Shown here: in pieces, positions 57,379 to 64,000 of the stretch | Layout of the letters: each line of letters begins with the position of its first letter | Numbering within the stretch: position 1 is the first letter of the stretch | NCBI GenBank assembly: GCA_039630055.1 | Contig: JBCNVN010000001.1 | Span: 1 to 64,000 of the forward strand | Length of the DNA stretch: 64,000 nt | Direction: 5' to 3' | Source: Candidatus Caldarchaeales archaeon | GTDB taxonomy: Archaea; Thermoproteota; Nitrososphaeria_A; Caldarchaeales; Wolframiiraptoraceae | The notes under the pieces: generated by a model | Database searches by the model: none | The model's input: only the letters and a program-made list of their open reading frames with translations | What the model was told of the DNA's origin: nothing | Program-made: the position numbers and the translations under genes

Positions 57379-59685
57379 TCATATTTCTTCTCTTACCATG
57401 TATCCGGCGATAGCTAATTGTCCTAATGCTATACCCCCATCATTTGCAGGATACTTCTCCGGTAATAACAGCCTCAGCCCAGACTCTTTAATAGCCTCCT
57501 CAACTCCCTCAATAATAAATTCATTTACTGCAGCTCCTCCAGATAGTACCAAGTATCTATGTCTCCTCTTTGCAGATTTAGAAGCTATCAAACCTAAACC
57601 ATATCCGAGAGATTTCTGAACCATGTAACCTATCCTACCCTTATTCACACCATTTTCCAGTAGCTCTACAGCCTGCATGATGATAGAAGTAGTATCTATG
57701 ATCTGATCCTCCATATCAAGTATCTTTACGTTAAGCATCTCCTCACATTTCTCAGATGATGCTTCCAGTCTTATTGCAGGCTCACCCTCATAGGTTCTTT
57801 CAAAGCATAAGCCGAGCAAGGTTGAAGTAGCGTCGAGAACTCTCCCTATGCTAGATGTTTTAGGAGAATTGTTAATATGCGTCAACATCATCTCCAATTC
57901 CATCTCACCTTTTTGAAATCCTTTCTCTACTATCCCAAGTTTTCTAAACAGGTTTATCAGTTCTTTCCCATTCAACACTTTACTCAGTATCCCTCCAAGC
58001 ATTCTAGCTGGATATCTTACTGCTAGGTCTCCTCCCGGCATAGGCTGTAACTCTAGATGACCTACCCTTTTAAAATCTGAATAATCTGCGATTAGGACCT
58101 CACCACCCCACAATGTTCCATCCAATCCATAACCTAATCCATCAACAGCAATTCCAACAACCTCTTCATCAATGTGATGCTCAGCCATCACAGACGTTAT
58201 ATGAGCCCAGTGATGCTGAACCTTGAAGAGTTTTACATCTTTCTCTCTAGCCCAAGCCTCAGCCAGTAGTGTTGATGGATATCTAGGATGTAGGTCTGCG
58301 GTGATGATCGAAGACTTAACATCTATTCTATAGCTTTTTACTAGAAAGCTAATATAACGTTCCAGGTCTCTGAAGCAATTATACTCATCGATATCTCCGA
58401 TGTACTGTGTTAAGATTGCCCGATCATCGAATCCAATAGCACCAGTGCTCTGAAGCATGGCCCCGAAAGCTATTATCGGTCTCTTCAACCTGAAGGGTAG
58501 CTTACTCCATGCAGGTGTATAGCCTCTTCCCCTCCTTAAAAGCATGGGTCTTCCACGGCTAAATCTTACGACACTATCATCCACTCTATTAATTATTCTT
58601 CTATTATGTATGAGAAAATAGTCTACATATTCAGAGAGCTTTCTCCTTGCACAGTCTTCATCGGTACACATGGGTTCATCTTTAGGGTTACCGCTAGTCA
58701 TAATAGCAAATTTATCTAAAGTGTTTTTTAGAAGTAGATAGTGAAGCGCAGTATATGGGAGGAAGATTCCAAGCTGTCTAAGTCCAGGAGCAACTAAACC
58801 TGACACCTTCGAATCTTTTATAATATCTAGTAAGACTATAGGCTTCTCCTTAGACAGGAGAAGGCTTATCGCATCATCCGTTAAGTGAACTATCTTAGAA
58901 GCTGTCTCTATGTCTAGAACCATGACTGCGAATGGCTTGCTCGGTCTCTTCTTCCTAATTCTAAGACGTGTTACAACATCCTCCAAAGTAGCTGACGCAG
59001 CTATATGATATCCACCCAAGCCCTTGACAGCTATGATGTATCCTTCATCTATAAGTTTCGCTGAAGATTTTATCGCATCATATCCTTCATCAATATATTC
59101 ATAGTTTCTCGTGTAGAGTTTTACGAGTGGGCCACATTCTGGACAACTAATACCTTGAGCATGAAATCTACGTCGATCATCTGGATCTGTATACTCAGAA
59201 TAGCATCGAGAGCATAGTGGGAAGTCTTTCATGCTTGTATTCTTTCTATCATAGGGTATGTTTTCTATCATCGAGTATCTTGGACCACAGTATGCACATG
59301 AGTGGAATGGATATAGGTAGAATCTGCTAGATGGATCTAATACTTCTCTTAGACAATCTTCACATATAGACGTATCAGGGGGAATCATCGAACTTCTATG
59401 AACTTGTGGATCGCTCTCAAAGATCTTGAAACCACTATATCCTAGAGGTGTAACTTCAACTAGTTGAAAGCTTTCTACATAAGCTGCAGAGGGTCTATCT
59501 TCATCAAATGCTTTCAAGAATTTTCTAATATCCTCCTCTTCACCTTCAACATGTATCTCCACCGCACTACCACCAATATTCTTTACATATCCATTAACCC
59601 TAGACTTTGAAGCTATCCTATAGATGAATGGTCTAAAACCAACTCCTTGAACTATCCCAACAACCAGTATTCTTACTGCCCTCAA
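57379..59685 (-). CDS. hypF: Carbamoyltransferase HypF
   Basis: GIVQGVGFRP acylphosphatase domain, zinc fingers, KGLGGYH, QHHWAH, NDGGIALGQ. Confidence 0.97.
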   Translation of the reverse strand: MRAVRILVVGIVQGVGFRPFIYRIASKSRVNGYVKNIGGSAVEIHVEGEEEDIRKFLKAFDEDRPSAAYVESFQLVEVTPLGYSGFKIFESDPQVHRSSMIPPDTSICEDCLREVLDPSSRFYLYPFHSCAYCGPRYSMIENIPYDRKNTSMKDFPLCSRCYSEYTDPDDRRRFHAQGISCPECGPLVKLYTRNYEYIDEGYDAIKSSAKLIDEGYIIAVKGLGGYHIAASATLEDVVTRLRIRKKRPSKPFAVMVLDIETASKIVHLTDDAISLLLSKEKPIVLLDIIKDSKVSGLVAPGLRQLGIFLPYTALHYLLLKNTLDKFAIMTSGNPKDEPMCTDEDCARRKLSEYVDYFLIHNRRIINRVDDSVVRFSRGRPMLLRRGRGYTPAWSKLPFRLKRPIIAFGAMLQSTGAIGFDDRAILTQYIGDIDEYNCFRDLERYISFLVKSYRIDVKSSIITADLHPRYPSTLLAEAWAREKDVKLFKVQHHWAHITSVMAEHHIDEEVVGIAVDGLGYGLDGTLWGGEVLIADYSDFKRVGHLELQPMPGGDLAVRYPARMLGGILSKVLNGKELINLFRKLGIVEKGFQKGEMELEMMLTHINNSPKTSSIGRVLDATSTLLGLCFERTYEGEPAIRLEASSEKCEEMLNVKILDMEDQIIDTTSIIMQAVELLENGVNKGRIGYMVQKSLGYGLGLIASKSAKRRHRYLVLSGGAAVNEFIIEGVEEAIKESGLRLLLPEKYPANDGGIALGQLAIAGYMVREEI

Positions 59686-59821
59686 CGTATAATAATCTTT
59701 AATTCGAGAAGATTAATTTATTCTATCAACGCTAGATGACGTATTTCCCCTATGGGCCATACTTGATCATTATCATAGACCGGGAATATAGCTAAATTCT
59801 AGAGTCATGTGATATATTGAG

Positions 59822-60271
59822 ATGCATGAGTGGAGTATCGCTGAGAGCATAATCACAACTATAGTAGAGTCGGTTAAATATGAGAAAATCTTGGAAGTCG
59901 ATATAAGAATAGGTGAGTTGAGGGACCTAAATATCGAGGCCCTTAGAGAATCATTGAGAATACTCTCAGAGGAAACAAAATTAAAGAATACTAAGTTTAA
60001 CATCACTGTATCTAGAGCAGTTTTCAAATGTTTAAGCTGTGGAGAAGAATGGGGCATGAGTGAAGCTCTCAAGATAATGGAAGGATTGATGACCAGGGAA
60101 GGATATATTCTTGAAGAAGATGAGCTAGAGCCTCCAACCCACTTTATTCCAAGCTTGATAGTTGGATTTCAGAAGTGTCCTAGCTGTGGAAGGATGGATA
60201 TAGATGTAAGATCTGGAAGAGAAATTGAGATCTATAGTGTTAAGGTGGAAGAATGCTCGACCCAAGGGTAA
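59822..60271 (+). CDS. hypA: Nickel insertion protein HypA
   Basis: MHEWSIA N-terminus, CLSC and CPSC zinc site. Confidence 0.95.
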   Translation: MHEWSIAESIITTIVESVKYEKILEVDIRIGELRDLNIEALRESLRILSEETKLKNTKFNITVSRAVFKCLSCGEEWGMSEALKIMEGLMTREGYILEEDELEPPTHFIPSLIVGFQKCPSCGRMDIDVRSGREIEIYSVKVEECSTQG

Positions 60272-61005
60272 AATTGGTAGAGAGAAATTTTGAGAAAGTT
60301 GAAAGAATCGTGGCCTTTGCAAGTGGGAAGGGTGGGGTTGGAAAGAGCTTAATCTCATCAGCCACATCGTATATCTTATCCCTTAAAGGATATAGAGTAG
60401 CCTATCTCGATCTAGATTTCTACGGATATGCTGGACCCCTACTCTTTTCAATAGATGGACAGATAAAAGCATGTAAAGAAGGTATCGAATTACCTATCTC
60501 AGCCGGCGTTAAAGTCATGTCTACAGGATATTTTCTAGCTGATAATCCCTTCCCATTGATGGGGAAGGATAAGATAGATTATCTACTAGATCTCTTCTCA
60601 GCCGTAAAATTTGGAGAGATTGACTTAATGGTAATAGATCTTCCCCCCGGATTAGGGGATGAACTAACATATACTCAGAGAATTTTTAGAGATAAGATTA
60701 ACATTGTCCCTGTAACTTTAAGCTCAGAGATGAGTTTAAACGTGGTCGAGAAGCTTGTTAAATATTTGAAGACTGAAGAAATAAGCATTATAGGAGTCAT
60801 AGTAAATATGTTTAACATATTTAGAGAGTATGAGATCGATGAGATAAGAGCGAGGCTCGAATTGAAGATACTTTCTACGTTGTCCTATCATCCCGAGGTG
60901 GAGAATTTTAGAACTATAAAAGAGAAGCTAGAGAACGCACCAAGATTCAAGAAAGAGATAGAAGAAACCGTGGAGAATCTTCTGAAAGAGTTAAGATTAG
61001 ATTAA
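60253..61005 (+). CDS. hypB: Mrp/MinD-family ATPase, ATPase-type HypB as in Thermococcales
   Basis: DPR start, SGKGGVGKS, DLDF, DLPPGLGDE, no CxxC; overlaps hypA. Confidence 0.75.
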   Translation: MLDPRVKLVERNFEKVERIVAFASGKGGVGKSLISSATSYILSLKGYRVAYLDLDFYGYAGPLLFSIDGQIKACKEGIELPISAGVKVMSTGYFLADNPFPLMGKDKIDYLLDLFSAVKFGEIDLMVIDLPPGLGDELTYTQRIFRDKINIVPVTLSSEMSLNVVEKLVKYLKTEEISIIGVIVNMFNIFREYEIDEIRARLELKILSTLSYHPEVENFRTIKEKLENAPRFKKEIEETVENLLKELRLD

Positions 61006-61196
61006 AGAGTTATCCTTTAAGAATCGTTCTACTCCGACCACTATAGTTCACCTATCTATTTTTTACAGATACTCTAGACCATGAGTTCAAGATATCTATA
61101 ATGTTCAAGTATGTATCTAAAAATATTGAGGTATTGGATCCGAGTATTTGCTATGCTTAGAAGTTTTAATATGGTGTTCGATTTAGATTTTAGACT

Positions 61197-62303
61197 ATGA
61201 GAGAACTGGAGAGATTGGCTGCAGAACGTGCACGTGAAGCTGTAAAATATGATAAGCTAGGTATGAAGGAAGATGCGCTGGTTAATTATAGAGAGGCAGT
61301 TCAACTCTTGTTGAAGCTTATAAAGTTCGTGGATGACCCCGTGATGAAGAAAGTGTATGAAGAGAAGATTAAACAGTATAGTGAGAGATTGGAGGTTCTA
61401 TTAGAGAAGAGTACCGAATCATCATCAGCATCTTCAAAAACTAGAGATCGGGAGAACTATCTAATAGTTGATCCTCCACCGATTAAATGGGAAGACATAA
61501 TAGGTTTAGAAGAAGCTAAGAAGGCTCTTAGAGAGAGCATAGTATATCCATCTCTAAGACCTGAGTTGTTTCCTTTGGGATGGCCCCGAGGGATACTCTT
61601 CTTCGGTCCTCCGGGATGCGGAAAGACTATGCTGGCGGCCGCTGCCGCTAACGAGATAGACGCAGTCTTCATGCAGGTTGATGCTTCTATGATTATGTCT
61701 AAGTGGCTTGGAGAATCAGAGAAGAATATTGCATCCATCTTTGAGGATGCTAGAAGATATGAGAGGGAGGGGAAACCTGTAATAATCTTGGTAGATGAAG
61801 TAGATTCATTGACAACTTATAGGGAGAATGAGGTAGGTGGAGAGGCTAGAGCTAGGAACCAGCTTCTAAAAGAGATGGATGGTCTACAAGATAAGGGTAG
61901 GATACCTAGAATATATGTGATAGCTGCAACGAATAAGCCCTGGCTACTTGATGAGCCATTCATCCGTAGATTCCAGAAGAGGATCTATATCTCTCTACCA
62001 AGCTATGAGTCAAGGCTCAACATGTTTAAACACTATACAAAGAGGCTTGAACTTGAAGATGATGTAGATTTTGAAGAATTGGCAAGGATTACAGAAGGAT
62101 ATAGTGGAGCAGACATATATAATATCTCTATGGAGGCGCAGTTAAAGGTTGTAAGCGAGTTCTTTGAGAAAGGTAGAGGAGATAGACCGAGAAAGATTAG
62201 TATGAATGATTTTTATGAGATTATAAAGAAGAACAAGCCAAGTATCGAGGCAGAATCATTAAAGAAGATCTTGGAATGGGCTAGAAGATTTGCATCAGGA
62301 TAA
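61197..62303 (+). CDS. cdvC: Vps4/CdvC AAA+ ATPase with MIT domain
   Basis: MIT (AREAVKYD...Y.ER), RPELFPLGWPRGILFFGPPGCGKT, SKWLGESEK, ATNKPW, RRFQKR. Confidence 0.93.
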   Translation: MRELERLAAERAREAVKYDKLGMKEDALVNYREAVQLLLKLIKFVDDPVMKKVYEEKIKQYSERLEVLLEKSTESSSASSKTRDRENYLIVDPPPIKWEDIIGLEEAKKALRESIVYPSLRPELFPLGWPRGILFFGPPGCGKTMLAAAAANEIDAVFMQVDASMIMSKWLGESEKNIASIFEDARRYEREGKPVIILVDEVDSLTTYRENEVGGEARARNQLLKEMDGLQDKGRIPRIYVIAATNKPWLLDEPFIRRFQKRIYISLPSYESRLNMFKHYTKRLELEDDVDFEELARITEGYSGADIYNISMEAQLKVVSEFFEKGRGDRPRKISMNDFYEIIKKNKPSIEAESLKKILEWARRFASG

Positions 62304-62345
62304 AATCATGCTTCCATTATATCTCTCTATAGAATTATCTTTACA

Positions 62346-62495
62346 TTATCTTAGAACCTCATATATGAATAAGGTTATAATTCCTGCTAAAGCTATCGTT
62401 AGATAATCTGATATAAGCGGCCATCCCGTAGATAACCCTACTATTATCAACATCAACCCTATATAGGTCTTTACAAACTTCAAAGGTCTTCTCAT
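62346..62495 (-). CDS. Small two-TM membrane protein (49 aa), missing from the ORF track
   Basis: MRRPLKFVKTYIGLMLIIVGLSTGWPLISDYLTIALAGIITLFIYEVLR*. Confidence 0.55.
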   Translation of the reverse strand: MRRPLKFVKTYIGLMLIIVGLSTGWPLISDYLTIALAGIITLFIYEVLR

Positions 62496-62587
62496 CTATC
62501 CATTCAGCATCTGATTATTATATAAATTAACTTTTCTACTCTGATAACTCGTTAAATTCGATCTGAACCCAGCCATGGAAACCAAGC

Positions 62588-63313
62588 TTATATATCTTCT
62601 CTGTATAGTCCACGAGCTCCTATGAATGGATTGTAGAGCTTCTCAACCCCTATAGTTGTGGATGGACCATGACCTGGATAGACGCTATAATCATCTGGTA
62701 ATGTAAGAATCTTCTCTCTCAAGGACTTCAATAAGATCTCTAGACTTCCACCTGGAAGATCATGTCTACCTATCCCTCCAGCAAATAATGTATCTCCTGT
62801 AAATACTGCTTCGTCTAGAACATAGGATACGCTTCCAGCAGTGTGTCCAGGTGTGTGCAGTGTCTTGATCTTATTAGAACCAATATTTATCATATATCCA
62901 TCCTCCACATATCCATCTGGTCTAGGAGGCTCATCGACCTCTCCTCCAACTATCTCCTTATAGTCGATTACACTTCTATTAAGTATAGGTACATCATCTC
63001 TATGGATATAGAATTTACATCCTAAATATTCTTTGAGCTCTCTTACAGCCATAACGTGATCGAAATGTCCATGTGTAGCGTATATAGCTTTAACCTCTAT
63101 ACGGTTCCTATCAATACTCTTCAAAATCTTCTCAGCCTCGTCTCCAGCATCCACCAAAACACCCTCTCTATATACTGGGTCAAAGACTAGGTAAGAATTA
63201 CTCATTAAAGGTCCGACCAAGATCCTTTCAACAATCAGCATCGAAGACCCTCCCAAGACTGTATGCATCGATGATATATTAATTCTATCAGACCTCCTAT
63301 TATATTGTAGCAA
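62588..63313 (-). CDS. Metallo-beta-lactamase fold hydrolase (glyoxalase II-like); true start probably MLIVER
   Basis: THGHFDH, HTPGHT, FTGDTLF, YPGHG. Confidence 0.92.
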   Translation of the reverse strand: MLQYNRRSDRINISSMHTVLGGSSMLIVERILVGPLMSNSYLVFDPVYREGVLVDAGDEAEKILKSIDRNRIEVKAIYATHGHFDHVMAVRELKEYLGCKFYIHRDDVPILNRSVIDYKEIVGGEVDEPPRPDGYVEDGYMINIGSNKIKTLHTPGHTAGSVSYVLDEAVFTGDTLFAGGIGRHDLPGGSLEILLKSLREKILTLPDDYSVYPGHGPSTTIGVEKLYNPFIGARGLYREDI

Positions 63314-63502
63314 ATTATTCTACAGTATCTGTAAATGGTTCTAGGTAGTTTGACAACATTTAAATTTTAATCCGGCTACAGACCATCAGGACCTCACATA
63401 CCCATATCGGTGTCTATATGTTATTCGGAAGAAGTTATACAATCTTTAACATAGTTAGAGATGGAGAAACTTAATAATCAGCGTATATAGAGTACTCTGA
63501 GA

Positions 63503-63781
63503 ATGAAGATCCCTGAGAACATCAATACATATTGTCCGAGATGTCGAAGGTATACCGAGCATAAGGTAGCTCTTTATAAGAAGGGTAAAGAAAGGTCTCT
63601 CGCTGCAGGAGCTAGAAGACATGAGAGAGAGCTACATGGTTATGGAGGTCAGAAGTATCCTTTACAACGTAAGAAGTCGAAGACAACCCAGAAGCAGACT
63701 CTAAAACTAATCTGTAAAGAATGCAGTTATACTATCCACAGAGAGGGTATAAGATTAAAGAAGCTAGAGATTAGCCGTTAA
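63503..63781 (+). CDS. rpl44e: 50S ribosomal protein L44e
   Basis: TYCPRC, GYGGQ, LICKEC. Confidence 0.96.
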   Translation: MKIPENINTYCPRCRRYTEHKVALYKKGKERSLAAGARRHERELHGYGGQKYPLQRKKSKTTQKQTLKLICKECSYTIHREGIRLKKLEISR

Positions 63782-63842
63782 AAATCTCTAAACACTGTCA
63801 TAAAGTTAGGTTCAAGAAAGATCATCTCTGAAAAGAATATGG

Positions 63843-64000
63843 TTAGTGAATCGTGATGAGGATCTCGATAAAGCTTACGTACCTCTTCCTACCCCCATCC
63901 AGCTCTGCCTCATCATATCCTAGCTCAATATTCTTTATCTTGAGATTTGAGTAGAAGCTCTTCTTGAGAAGTAGGGCCACATCTATACAGTTACTGATAC
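63843..64000 (-). CDS. albA: Alba-family chromatin protein, 3' part only (start outside window)
   Basis: Manual translation ISNCIDVALLLKKSFYSNLKIKNIELGYDEAELDGGRKRYVSFIEILITIH*, matching the Alba C-terminal half. Confidence 0.8.
   Translation of the reverse strand, partial: ISNCIDVALLLKKSFYSNLKIKNIELGYDEAELDGGRKRYVSFIEILITIH

Noticed and set aside
26-63025. Many 60-180 aa ORFs antisense to or nested in long genes (e.g. 289-618, 7930-8415, 22174-22704, 39586-40074)
   Set aside because: Ser/Ile/Leu-rich shadow frames of well-supported genes, with no recognisable motifs

Overview
AT-rich (roughly 37% GC by eye) chromosomal window from a thermophilic TACK-type archaeon; a Caldarchaeales/'Aigarchaeota'-like origin is inferred from gene content, not proven. 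The left two-thirds is mostly housekeeping: tRNA-modification genes, citrate synthase, proC, rps15-RecJ-pcc1, a Zn/Mn ABC operon with a DtxR-type repressor, gcvPA-PB-T, menA, moaD/E, nurA-herA, glmS, an ESCRT-III/CdvB gene, pyrB and sua5. It also holds three intron-containing tRNAs (Leu-TAG and Gln-CTG with two introns each, His-GTG with one) and an orphan 19-repeat CRISPR array. The right third (42.5-61 kb) is an energy island: hdrCBA, a QmoC/A/B-like trio followed by mvhD-mvhG, and hypABCDEF. The hydrogenase large subunit mvhA breaks off after 13 codons, in the middle of its conserved RLE|GH motif, next to a free-standing HTH-LAGLIDADG endonuclease gene. Other highlights: an AGTATATACT-type palindrome repeated upstream of both Hdr operons beside a CxxC-bearing AbrB-PhoU regulator, a HisB homologue lacking its metal ligands, a MoaD/SAMP with a C-terminal extension past GG, and strong TCTAGA enrichment. 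All calls were made by eye from the sequence and ORF track; no database searches were run.
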